DNA from: a virus
Taxonomy: Duplodnaviria > Caudoviricetes
Strand: one strand, 5' to 3'
Length of the DNA: 64,000 nt
Virus record (IMG/VR): IMGVR_UViG_2885360797_000005
The notes below the pieces were generated by a model. The model worked only from the letters and a program-made list of their open reading frames with translations, ran no database searches and was not told the DNA's origin. This document shows, one piece after another, positions 54,972-64,000 of this stretch (positions are counted from its first letter, which is position 1; each line of letters begins with the position of its first letter). The position numbers were made by a program, and so were the translations under genes.

Positions 54972-56468
54972 CTAGAAACCTTTGCCCTTGCTTCTTTCGT
55001 AAACCACTTCTTTTTGAGAATCGCAATTAGTAAGACGGAACTGAACATTACAGCCTGTGGGGATGTCTTTGGGCAGTTGTTTGACAAGTTCCGTAATGAC
55101 TTCATCCACGTTACTGAAACCTATATCTGTAAGTTCGCCCACAACCTTGCCTTTGAAATAAGCCCGACCATAAATCATCATCTTCTTTGATATACGGAAG
55201 AGTTTGTCCTCTGTTTCTTCCAAGTCTTTCGCCTTGCCTTGTTTACTTTTCTCATCGCTAAAAAAGATGAAGTCAATGACTTTTGCATTCAGATTCCATG
55301 CCGGGGTAAAGTCTATCTTGACATATCCTCTGGTAATGTTAAATCCGTGGCTATGGTTCATACCAAAAGCAACTTCATAAAGGTTCGCATCGCAATCATT
55401 CTGAGCAATGGTAGCCCAAGTATGCCGGAATGTATAGAAGCAATAACAATCTTCTTTATCCATACCCATGTCCTGACAAATTTTGCGGATGCCGATATTC
55501 ACATTCGCATTGAAGCTATCAGAATTACTATAACGCTGATGGAAATTGAACAGGTATGGTTCATCCTTGTCATCTGAAAGATATTTTTCAAATGTGGATT
55601 GTATGAATGGCTCAATTCGCATTTCCATATAGGCATTATCTCTACGACTGTTGCGAGTCTTGGCTCTTTGATAGCCTATAATTCCGTTTTTATAGTCTTT
55701 CTTTTTGAGCTCGTACAAATCGACGGAGTTAATACCGCCAATACATAGCGATAGGAGAGCAACATCCCTGCCCAGTTCCGGTAGGGAAGAAATCATTTTT
55801 GTTTTGGGAAGAGGCCTATTAAAGAACTCACGACAGGCTTCGGCACTGATAGCTTTCTGAACTGAATTATCCGACTTGGGAATGGAAATCTTTAGCCAAG
55901 GATTGAACTTGATGCGGTTTACACCTCTTTCATCGTCATTCAAATCAGCGATGGCAGCTTTGAAAATTTGACGAATGTTCGTAGGGTACATTTCTTTTGC
56001 CCGGCTCGTTTGCGACAAACTCTCAATCCACTTCTTCAGGACGGTAGAAGTCAGAAGGCTAAACATAAGCCTGTTTGAGCCTAAGAAGCGTTCAAGATGC
56101 GCCACGGCAAGTTTGTAGTTCTTGGCGGTTCTTTGCCGACCTTCCTTTTCCATTTTGTGAATGAACGATTGGGCATACTCGCTAAAACAAACTTCTTCAT
56201 CTGTCTTCTGCAAATACTCCAGTACATCCTTGACATCCCAAAGAGAAATATCAGTTCTATTCAGCCTGTCGGTGTATTGTCGGATAATCATCGAACAATA
56301 CTCATTGACCACCGGATCGGTCAATTCACCGTTGCTGTCAATATGTGCTGCATCAATAATCTTATTGGTCTTGATGTAGCCCGGCTTTCTGTTGTGAACA
56401 ATGCGAATGTACACGGAGAAGAAACCGTCTGTCCTTGGTTTTCGCACTACTGCTTTTAATGTAATCAT
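54972..56468 (-). CDS. int: Tyrosine integrase of the ICE
   Basis: Arm-binding and SAM-like N-terminus; GINSVDL, RAKT, YTFRHTWATIA, MNH..ITRGY. Confidence 0.9.
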   Translation of the reverse strand: MITLKAVVRKPRTDGFFSVYIRIVHNRKPGYIKTNKIIDAAHIDSNGELTDPVVNEYCSMIIRQYTDRLNRTDISLWDVKDVLEYLQKTDEEVCFSEYAQSFIHKMEKEGRQRTAKNYKLAVAHLERFLGSNRLMFSLLTSTVLKKWIESLSQTSRAKEMYPTNIRQIFKAAIADLNDDERGVNRIKFNPWLKISIPKSDNSVQKAISAEACREFFNRPLPKTKMISSLPELGRDVALLSLCIGGINSVDLYELKKKDYKNGIIGYQRAKTRNSRRDNAYMEMRIEPFIQSTFEKYLSDDKDEPYLFNFHQRYSNSDSFNANVNIGIRKICQDMGMDKEDCYCFYTFRHTWATIAQNDCDANLYEVAFGMNHSHGFNITRGYVKIDFTPAWNLNAKVIDFIFFSDEKSKQGKAKDLEETEDKLFRISKKMMIYGRAYFKGKVVGELTDIGFSNVDEVITELVKQLPKDIPTGCNVQFRLTNCDSQKEVVYERSKGKGF

Positions 56469-56495
56469 ATACAATTATTTAATAAGTTGAACCTT

Positions 56496-56548
56496 GGTGT
56501 AAGCAGGTGTAAGCAAGGGGGTCATTTGGTGTAAGCAGAGAGTAAGCA
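56496..56548. repeat. Direct repeats GGTGTAAGCA x3 plus AGTAAGCA, candidate integrase arm sites
   Basis: Copies at 56496, 56506, 56528 and 56541, between int and the element end. Confidence 0.7.
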
Positions 56549-56604
56549 AATACGTTCATTTGGCTCATTTTTTGCGGTCAAATGCACGAACCGCCTAAGC
56601 GCAA

Positions 56605-56647
56605 ATCAGGCTGTAAATTCTGCTATTGCAGTGATTTACAGCCTGAT
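56605..56647 (-). terminator. 14-bp inverted repeat at the ICE end; probable ppdK terminator
   Basis: ATCAGGCTGTAAAT / ATTTACAGCCTGAT, 25 nt past the ppdK stop. Confidence 0.65.
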
Positions 56648-56671
56648 ATTAGTATTTATTTACCTAGAGTA

Positions 56672-59395
56672 TTATTCCTCTATTGCAGCCTGCGCCGCAG
56701 CCAAACGAGCTATAGGCACACGGAATGGAGAACAACTCACATAATTCAAACCAACATGGTGACAGAACTTAACAGAACTGGGTTCACCGCCATGTTCGCC
56801 ACATATACCGCATTTCAAATCATTGCGCACAGAACGTCCTTTATCCACTGCCATCTTTACAAGTTGACCGACACCATTTTGATCAAGAACCTGGAATGGA
56901 TCGACTTTCAAAATCTTCTTCTCTAAATAAACAGGAAGGAAACTGGCAATATCATCGCGCGAATAACCAAAAGTCATCTGCGTCAAATCATTTGTACCAA
57001 AACTAAAATACTCCGCATGAGTGGCTATACGGTCTGCAGTCAATGCAGCACGGGGAATTTCAATCATTGTGCCAACTTTGAAAAAGATCTCCACACCTTC
57101 CTCCTTAAAGAGTTCAGCAGCCTCTGCGCGAATCACTTCTTCCTGAGCCTCAAATTCATAAAGAATACCTGTTAATGGCACCATAATTTCAGGATGAGGA
57201 TCAAATCCCTCACGCTTCAAATCAATACAAGCACTAAGAATAGCGCGTGTCTGCATCTGCGTGATGCAAGGATAAGTATTTCCCAAACGACAGCCACGAT
57301 GACCAAGCATAGGATTGTGTTCGCAGAGACTTTCTACGCGCTGACGAATATATTCAACCGTTACTCCCATGGCTTGAGCCATCTCTTCCTGTCCTTTGAT
57401 GTCATGAGGAACAAATTCATGGAGGGGAGGATCGAGCAAACGAACATTTACAGGATAACCATCCATGGCACGGAAAATACCTTTAAAATCTTCTTTTTGA
57501 TATGGCAGCAACTTTGCTAAAGCCTTACGCCGACCTTCCACATCATCGGCCAAAATCATTTCACGCATTGCTACAATTTTCTCCTTGTCAAAGAACATGT
57601 GTTCCGTACGACAAAGACCAATACCTACAGCACCAAATTTACGGGCTACTTCAGCATCATGTGGAGTATCTGCATTGGTTCTTACTTGCAAATGCGTATA
57701 TTTGGCACAAAGATCCATTAAAGCGGCAAAATCACCTGACAATTCAGCTGCTTCCGTACGAATTTCACCTTTGTACACACATCCATTCGTACCATTGAGT
57801 GAGATGTAGTCACCTTCTTTAAGTACCACGCCGTCAATTTCTACAATTCTATTCTTGTAGTCAACGTTAATGGCACCAGCTCCACTCACACAGCATTTAC
57901 CCATACCACGGGCCACAACTGCAGCATGACTGGTCATACCGCCACGGGCTGTTAAAATACCTTCAGCAACAGCCATACCAGCAAGATCTTCTGGACTAGT
58001 CTCTATACGTACCATAACGACCTTACGGCCATCGGCATGCCATTTGGCTGCATCTTCTGCAAAGAAAACAATCTGTCCACAAGCGGCCCCCGGACTAGCA
58101 GGCAAACCACGCGTCAGTTCCTTAGCCGAAGACAAAGCCTCCTTACTGAATACTGGATGAAGTAGTTCATCCAGTTTATTGGGTTCACATCTATTAATAG
58201 CAGTTTTTTCGTCTATCATTCCCTGACGTAACAAATCCATGGCAATCTTAACCATAGCAGCACCAGTACGCTTGCCATTACGTGTCTGCAAGAACCAAAG
58301 TTTTCCCTCTTGGACGGTAAATTCCATATCTTGCATATCACGATAATGCTCTTCTAGCTTCGTCTGTATTGTATCCAACTGACGATATATTTCAGGCATC
58401 GCTTCTTCCATTGAAGGATAATTTACCTTACGGTCTTCCTCCGAAATGCCTTGCAGTTCTGCCCAACGACGACTACCTTCTAAGGTTATTTGCTGGGGGG
58501 TACGAATACCTGCGACAACATCTTCACCCTGTGCATTCACAAGCCATTCTCCATTAAAGAGATCTTCACCAGTGGCTGCATCACGACTAAAACAAACACC
58601 AGTAGCAGACGTTTCGCCCATATTACCAAACACCATCGCCATTACAGTTACAGCTGTGCCCCATTCTGCGGGAATGCCCTCCATTTTGCGATACAGGATG
58701 GCACGTTCGTTCATCCAAGAATCAAAGACAGCACAAATTGCTCCCCACAACTGCTCCATTGGATTAGTTGGAAATGCTTTGCCTGTTTGCTGTTGAATGG
58801 CCTCTTTAAAAAGTCTCACTAATTTTTTAAGGTCTTCAACGTCCAATTCATTATCGAGTTTAACACCTTTTTCTTCCTTAACCTTGTCGATAACTGCCTC
58901 AAAAGGATCTATATCTTCCTTGTTGACAGGCTTCATACCCATCACGACATCACCATACATCTGAACGAAGCGACGATAAGCATCATAGGCAAAACGTGGA
59001 TTTCCAGTTTTACGCGCCAATCCTTCTACAACCTCATCATTCAAACCAAGATTTAGAATCGTATCCATCATTCCAGGCATGGAAGCACGAGCGCCAGAAC
59101 GAACAGACAACAACAAGGGATTCTCCACATCACCGAATTTGGAAGCCATCAAATCCTCTACACTCTTTAATGCTTTTTCAACTTCTCCGCGTAAAAGATC
59201 TATAACTTCTTGCTTGCCTATCTTATAATAATCATTGCAGGTATCAGTTGTGATGGTAAATCCAGGAGGTACAGGCACTCCAATGAGATTCATTTCAGCC
59301 AAATTGGCTCCCTTACCACCTAATTCATTACGCATGTCTGCACGGCCCTCTGCCTTGCCAGCGCCAAAGGAATAAACTCTTTTTTGGTTTTCCAT
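56672..59395 (-). CDS. ppdK: Pyruvate, phosphate dikinase
   Basis: GGKGANLAEM, GGMTSHAAVVARG, GLCRTEHMF, FGTNDLTQ, CGEHGG; 907 aa. Confidence 0.98.
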   Translation of the reverse strand: MENQKRVYSFGAGKAEGRADMRNELGGKGANLAEMNLIGVPVPPGFTITTDTCNDYYKIGKQEVIDLLRGEVEKALKSVEDLMASKFGDVENPLLLSVRSGARASMPGMMDTILNLGLNDEVVEGLARKTGNPRFAYDAYRRFVQMYGDVVMGMKPVNKEDIDPFEAVIDKVKEEKGVKLDNELDVEDLKKLVRLFKEAIQQQTGKAFPTNPMEQLWGAICAVFDSWMNERAILYRKMEGIPAEWGTAVTVMAMVFGNMGETSATGVCFSRDAATGEDLFNGEWLVNAQGEDVVAGIRTPQQITLEGSRRWAELQGISEEDRKVNYPSMEEAMPEIYRQLDTIQTKLEEHYRDMQDMEFTVQEGKLWFLQTRNGKRTGAAMVKIAMDLLRQGMIDEKTAINRCEPNKLDELLHPVFSKEALSSAKELTRGLPASPGAACGQIVFFAEDAAKWHADGRKVVMVRIETSPEDLAGMAVAEGILTARGGMTSHAAVVARGMGKCCVSGAGAINVDYKNRIVEIDGVVLKEGDYISLNGTNGCVYKGEIRTEAAELSGDFAALMDLCAKYTHLQVRTNADTPHDAEVARKFGAVGIGLCRTEHMFFDKEKIVAMREMILADDVEGRRKALAKLLPYQKEDFKGIFRAMDGYPVNVRLLDPPLHEFVPHDIKGQEEMAQAMGVTVEYIRQRVESLCEHNPMLGHRGCRLGNTYPCITQMQTRAILSACIDLKREGFDPHPEIMVPLTGILYEFEAQEEVIRAEAAELFKEEGVEIFFKVGTMIEIPRAALTADRIATHAEYFSFGTNDLTQMTFGYSRDDIASFLPVYLEKKILKVDPFQVLDQNGVGQLVKMAVDKGRSVRNDLKCGICGEHGGEPSSVKFCHHVGLNYVSCSPFRVPIARLAAAQAAIEE

Positions 59396-59436
59396 AGCGA
59401 TAATTTAAAATATTTTATTATATGTGAACTATGACG

Positions 59437-59444
59437 CAAAATTA
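59437..59444 (-). promoter_or_regulatory. -7 promoter box for ppdK
   Basis: TAATTTTG on the minus strand, 42 nt upstream of the start. Confidence 0.55.
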
Positions 59445-59532
59445 TAAAAATAAGTGTTATGTACCAAAAGAAGTTACTATTTTTTCCACCCCGCTTATCA
59501 AAAAAACGACTTAAGTTTAGCTAAAAAAAACA

Positions 59533-59589
59533 AAAGAAACGCCCCATGTTTGAATTTTAATTTAACTTTCAAACATAGGGCGTTTCTTT
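59533..59589 (-). terminator. Terminator downstream of the DUF4301 gene
   Basis: AAAGAAACGCCC.ATGTTTGAA / TTCAAACAT.GGGCGTTTCTTT with a flanking A-run. Confidence 0.75.
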
Positions 59590-59641
59590 ACTCAATTTGT
59601 CATGTTATCCCATTCTGCCTATAGACATTAGACAATGAATA

Positions 59642-61165
59642 CTACTGATGCTGTTCGCGATAAAGATCATTAACAGTTTTTACAGGATTAAAAGTAGAAA
59701 GGGGAACTTCTACAAAAACTGTATTCCAATCGCTCATCGCTCCATTCCATAACCCTGGTAATTCAAGGGCTTTCAAATCTTTACCATCTTTGCTTTTATG
59801 GGATATAAATCCTGTTTGAGAATCGACGAAATCAGTCAGAGCAAAAGCCTGCCCCAAATAATCTTTCACTCCACACACTAAATCTACAGGATTAAAATGA
59901 GTACCACTCTCAAACATAGTCTTAGCATCAACATTGCTCATGTCTATTTGAGAACTTTCCAGTATTTGTAACGATATGGTACCATCTTGATTATAAGCAA
60001 GGAATGGGCCACCTCCAGGCTCACCCACATTACGCACCATACCACACACACGCATAGGACGATTAAGTTTTCGCCGCAAATATATAGCCATTTCGGTATC
60101 TTCCAACAACTTCGTTTCAGGATTCTTACAACAAAGTTTTTTCTGGACAAACTGCAACATCTCCAGCAGATCCGACATTTTATAATGCCCACTGTCCAGT
60201 TTTCTCAGATAAGCAAAAGCCTGCTGCTGAAGAACGATAAGTACACCACCCAACAGTTTTTTATAATTAACCATTTCTGGTTTTAGCCTGTCGGGGACAA
60301 CATTATCTATATTTTTTACAAAAATAATATCTGCATCAATATCATTAAGATTTTCAATTAAAGCACCATGACCACCAGGGCGGAAAAGTAAGCTATTGTC
60401 ATTTTGGCGAAACAGTGTATTATCAGGATTAACAGCTATAGTATCGGTACTTGCTTTCTGCTCAGAGAAGTCCACATTAAAACTTACCCCATATATATGT
60501 TCATAGCTGGTTACTTTCTCTGCTAATAATTTCTCAAAAAGTTTCCGATGTTCTGGAGATACGGTAAAATGAACATTCACTTCTCCATCTCCCTGCTTGG
60601 CATACATTGCCCCTTCAACAAGATGCTCTTCCATAGGAGTACGTGCCCCTTCATTATAACTGTGAAACTTTAACAGTCCTTTGGGTAAATGCCCATACCC
60701 CATCCCTTCAGCTGACAATAAAACTTTAGCCACATCCTTATAACGTTTGTCTTCCAATAGCCTATCGACACCACAACCACATAATTGTAGACAGGCCGCA
60801 TCCAAATCTTGAAAATATGCAGCATCATGAATATTGTCAAAAAACTTTTTCTCAAAATCTGTCACCGGAACTTCGGAATTGCCATCAACAAAGGTGAAAA
60901 TGTCTTTGAACATACGACTGGCAGCTCCCGAAGCTGGCACAAATTTCACAACTTTTTTATTAGGATCGCTGACATAATTATCCCAGACTTTCACATAATC
61001 TATTCGCTCATTGGCATCAGGGCATAAAATACCACGCTGCACACTTGCTGTTGCGGCAAGTCTCAAATAGGGAAAACCTTTTTTAAAATATTCAAGTTGT
61101 CTTTGTAAATGGGTTTCAGAGATACCTTTTTTCTCCAATAAAGCTTTGTCTTGTTCGTTTATCAT
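59642..61165 (-). CDS. DUF4301 family protein
   Basis: KFVPASGAASRMFK, FRPGGHGAL, GEPGGGPF, LELPGLWNGAM; ATG at 61165 lies downstream of a -7 box at 61228-61235. Confidence 0.9.
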   Translation of the reverse strand: MINEQDKALLEKKGISETHLQRQLEYFKKGFPYLRLAATASVQRGILCPDANERIDYVKVWDNYVSDPNKKVVKFVPASGAASRMFKDIFTFVDGNSEVPVTDFEKKFFDNIHDAAYFQDLDAACLQLCGCGVDRLLEDKRYKDVAKVLLSAEGMGYGHLPKGLLKFHSYNEGARTPMEEHLVEGAMYAKQGDGEVNVHFTVSPEHRKLFEKLLAEKVTSYEHIYGVSFNVDFSEQKASTDTIAVNPDNTLFRQNDNSLLFRPGGHGALIENLNDIDADIIFVKNIDNVVPDRLKPEMVNYKKLLGGVLIVLQQQAFAYLRKLDSGHYKMSDLLEMLQFVQKKLCCKNPETKLLEDTEMAIYLRRKLNRPMRVCGMVRNVGEPGGGPFLAYNQDGTISLQILESSQIDMSNVDAKTMFESGTHFNPVDLVCGVKDYLGQAFALTDFVDSQTGFISHKSKDGKDLKALELPGLWNGAMSDWNTVFVEVPLSTFNPVKTVNDLYREQHQ

Positions 61166-61636
61166 AGATTCAATTTTTGAAAACTTCTCAAAATAAGAAA
61201 GAATATCACCACAACTGCGGTATTTCGCAAAATTAAATACTTTTGCCGACAAAACACCTATTACAAACAGTTTTTTGAATAAAAAAATGAGCCACTAATA
61301 TAAATTCCAGAAAATCAATTAACATTAACAGAAAACAGGTCTCTAATATTTTTGTATTCTGTCTCATTGACATATCCTCCAATTAGAGCGGAACAAAGAG
61401 TAGAATTCATTGCCACATTCTCTCAAATCTCTGTACATGTTGCAATTTTCCTTACCCTTATATTCTAGAATTGCGATCGTATTCAGTCGGAAATTCAACA
61501 TATATTAATAAGCATCTTTCTTTTCAAGTCTATGAATACATCCGCCATTCTTTTAAATCTAAATGACCACACAAATTCTATAAAAACAAAAGCTGAAAAT
61601 GGAAAGCCTGAAAAAAATCACTAACTTTGCAACATT

Positions 61637-62398
61637 ATGAGTAAAAAAACATCCCCAATTGCCACATCACAGCGCCGAATTATTATCATCGGCGCAACTT
61701 CCGGCATAGGGCGGGAGGTTGCACAAATTTACATAGCACAAGGCCACATTGTCGGTTTGGCTGCACGACATACAAACATTCTGTCGGAAATCCAGAACAA
61801 CAGAAAAAATATATTCACAGCAACCATTGATATTTGCAGCCATGATGCCCCAGAAAAACTTGAACATTTAATAAAACAAATGGGAGGTATAGACCTCATA
61901 ATTCATTCATCTGGCATTGGATACATAAACCCACAATTAGATCCAGCATCAGAACTTGAAACCATTGACACCAACGTAAAAGGATGGACAGCCATTATTG
62001 ATTGGGCTTTTCTATATTTACTAAAGCAAGGTTATGGTCATTTAGTAGCCATTACTTCTATAGCTTCTTTGCGCGGATTAGCACCAGCACCGGCCTATTC
62101 TGCTTCAAAAGCTTATCAGGCACATTATTTGGAAGCTTTGCAGCAAAGAGTTGTAAAAACAGGACTTCCTATTACCATCACTAATATCCGGCCAGGATTT
62201 ATACGCACCCCATTGTTACCAAACCCTGATAAGTTCTTTTGGGTTATAGACACATATAAAGCAGCTCACGCTATTGTCAAAGCTTTAAAACAGCGCCGTC
62301 CCATAGTAACCATACCATACAGATGGCGACTGATGATTCCATTTATAAATCTGATGCCTAATAATATAATAGCGCATTTAATAGCAAGAAAAATCTAA
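61637..62398 (+). CDS. SDR family NAD(P)-dependent oxidoreductase
   Basis: GATSGIG, YSASK, IRPGFI; TAACTTTG box at 61622-61629. Confidence 0.92.
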   Translation: MSKKTSPIATSQRRIIIIGATSGIGREVAQIYIAQGHIVGLAARHTNILSEIQNNRKNIFTATIDICSHDAPEKLEHLIKQMGGIDLIIHSSGIGYINPQLDPASELETIDTNVKGWTAIIDWAFLYLLKQGYGHLVAITSIASLRGLAPAPAYSASKAYQAHYLEALQQRVVKTGLPITITNIRPGFIRTPLLPNPDKFFWVIDTYKAAHAIVKALKQRRPIVTIPYRWRLMIPFINLMPNNIIAHLIARKI

Positions 62399-62451
62399 AA
62401 ACTGACATATCAAATTCAATCATATATTTTCGCTTTAAGAAGAAACAGTCT

Positions 62452-63846
62452 ATGGATACTATCTGCGCTATAGCCACTGCACCAGGTGGCGCTATCGGTC
62501 TAATTCGCATTTCAGGTTCCCAAGCCATAAACGCCACAACCCAAATATTCCATCCGGCAAACTCCACCCCACTTTCAAACCGAAAAGCCGGAACTCTTAC
62601 TTTTGGGCACATCAAAACTTCAGATAATGAAATAATTGATGAAGTTCTAGTTAGTATATTCCGCGCTCCTCATTCCTATACAGGCGAAGAGTGTGTGGAA
62701 ATTTCCTGCCATGGATCTTCTTATATTCTTTCCAGAACGCTAGAGCTCCTGATTGCAAAGGGATGTAGAATTGCAGCGCCTGGCGAATTTACTCAACGGG
62801 CCTTTCTCAATGGTAAGATGGATCTGAGCCAGGCCGAAGCTGTAGCAGACCTCATTGCATCGTCTTCAGAAGCTTCACACCGCATTGCCATGAACCAAAT
62901 GCGAGGAGGATTCAGTAAAGAGTTACAAAAACTGCGAGAACGTTTACTACATATTACAACCCTCCTTGAATTAGAACTCGACTTTTCCGACCACGAAGAT
63001 CTTGAATTTGCCAACCGTTCAGAACTACAATCATTAGCTGAAAACATTGACCATCATATCACTTGGCTTTGTGAATCATTCCGTCTCGGCAATGCTCTAA
63101 AAAACGGTATCCCTGTCGCAATAATTGGGGAAACAAATGCCGGAAAATCGACATTACTCAATGCCCTCGTAGGAGAAGAGAGAGCTATTGTAAGTGACAT
63201 TCATGGCACTACGCGTGATGTCATTGAAGATACCGTCAATATTACTGGCACCACATTTCGTTTCATTGACACTGCAGGCATACGTGAAACAACCGATACT
63301 ATTGAAAACCTTGGTATTGAACGCACTTTTAAAAAAATCGACCAAGCATCAATTGTTCTATGGATAATTGATGCTACAAGTGCATATTCTCAATTCACAA
63401 CTCTATCTCCTAAAATACTTCCTCTCTGCACTCACAAGCATCTCATTGTCATTCTTAATAAAACAGATCTTATTCCTGAAAACTCTCCCCAAGACCTTCT
63501 CCCTCCCCTCCCCTTTTCTTCTCCACAATCCATAAAAATTATTCCCACTTCAGCCAAAAACGGTAATGGTATTGAAATTTTGAAGGATGAGCTAACCTCC
63601 TCCACCAACCTTCCATCTATCAATAATAACACAGTTATCGTTACAAACATTCGTCATTACGAGGCCTTGACTCAAGCCCTCGCTGCTATTCATCGTGTTC
63701 GCACTGGACTTTCCTCTTCTCTTTCAAGTGATCTTATCAGCCAAGACCTTCGCGAATGCCTCCACCATCTTTCCGAAATCGCTGGAGAAATAACTTCTGA
63801 TATGACTCTGCAAAACATTTTCAAAAATTTCTGCATCGGCAAGTAG
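62452..63846 (+). CDS. mnmE: tRNA modification GTPase MnmE (TrmE)
   Basis: DTICAIAT, GETNAGKS, GTTRD, DTAG, NKTD, terminal FCIGK. Confidence 0.98.
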   Translation: MDTICAIATAPGGAIGLIRISGSQAINATTQIFHPANSTPLSNRKAGTLTFGHIKTSDNEIIDEVLVSIFRAPHSYTGEECVEISCHGSSYILSRTLELLIAKGCRIAAPGEFTQRAFLNGKMDLSQAEAVADLIASSSEASHRIAMNQMRGGFSKELQKLRERLLHITTLLELELDFSDHEDLEFANRSELQSLAENIDHHITWLCESFRLGNALKNGIPVAIIGETNAGKSTLLNALVGEERAIVSDIHGTTRDVIEDTVNITGTTFRFIDTAGIRETTDTIENLGIERTFKKIDQASIVLWIIDATSAYSQFTTLSPKILPLCTHKHLIVILNKTDLIPENSPQDLLPPLPFSSPQSIKIIPTSAKNGNGIEILKDELTSSTNLPSINNNTVIVTNIRHYEALTQALAAIHRVRTGLSSSLSSDLISQDLRECLHHLSEIAGEITSDMTLQNIFKNFCIGK

Positions 63847-63885
63847 CCTATTGGTGATAACTGGTGCCATTTGGTGTAAAATATT

Positions 63886-63916
63886 GAAAAGTCGCTCGTT
63901 ATCGGGCGGCTTTTTT
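63886..63916 (+). terminator. Intrinsic terminator after mnmE
   Basis: GAAAAGTCGCTCG-TTAT-CGGGCGGC followed by a T-run. Confidence 0.7.
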
Positions 63917-64000
63917 CGTACCAATACTGCAATATAACCGCTTTTCACGGGTCAAGCCGAAATTCCGGTGCATTTGTTAAAATTCGAGAGCTGAAATGTT

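Larger units (their letters stand above)
1..56671. mobile_element. Integrative conjugative element (Bacteroidetes CTn-like); left end outside the window, right end at the ppdK stop codon
   Basis: Integrase, relaxase/MobA/oriT, VirD4, VirB4 and other tra genes, ArdC, PcfJ/K; housekeeping genes begin abruptly at 56672. Confidence 0.92.

Noticed and set aside
56672-63846. ppdK, DUF4301, SDR and mnmE as ICE cargo
   Set aside because: They lie beyond the integrase and end repeats and are ordinary chromosomal genes

Overview
Bacteroidales (Prevotellaceae-like, judged from TAnnTTTG promoter boxes and gene content) DNA. Positions 1 to ~56,670 are the right part of a large integrative conjugative element (ICE) inserted at the 3' end of ppdK; its left end lies outside the window. 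The ICE carries: minus-strand leading-region operons, each headed by a ~210-235 nt hairpin that looks like a single-stranded-DNA promoter; a 21-kb plus-strand defence island (type I R-M with a recombinase and three co-oriented hsdS pieces, Fic, McrBC, then an uncharacterised radical SAM / nuclease / HIRAN / degenerate ADP-ribosylhydrolase / RecD2 / nuclease / phosphoesterase run); PcfK(AcrIIA9-like)-PcfJ and ArdC; a complete Bacteroidetes tra region whose traE is split by a group II intron; ParA, relaxase, MobA, oriT and a tyrosine integrase. The remaining 7.3 kb is chromosome: ppdK, DUF4301, an SDR and mnmE. Best leads: (1) the paired ssDNA-promoter hairpins, whose folding strand agrees with the oriT orientation; (2) a direct-repeat hsdS shuffling locus resembling the pneumococcal tvr locus; (3) the radical SAM-HIRAN-pseudo-ARH module; (4) a shared 13-bp promoter box upstream of three transfer operons. 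All protein calls come from motif recognition by eye; no searches or folding programs were run.
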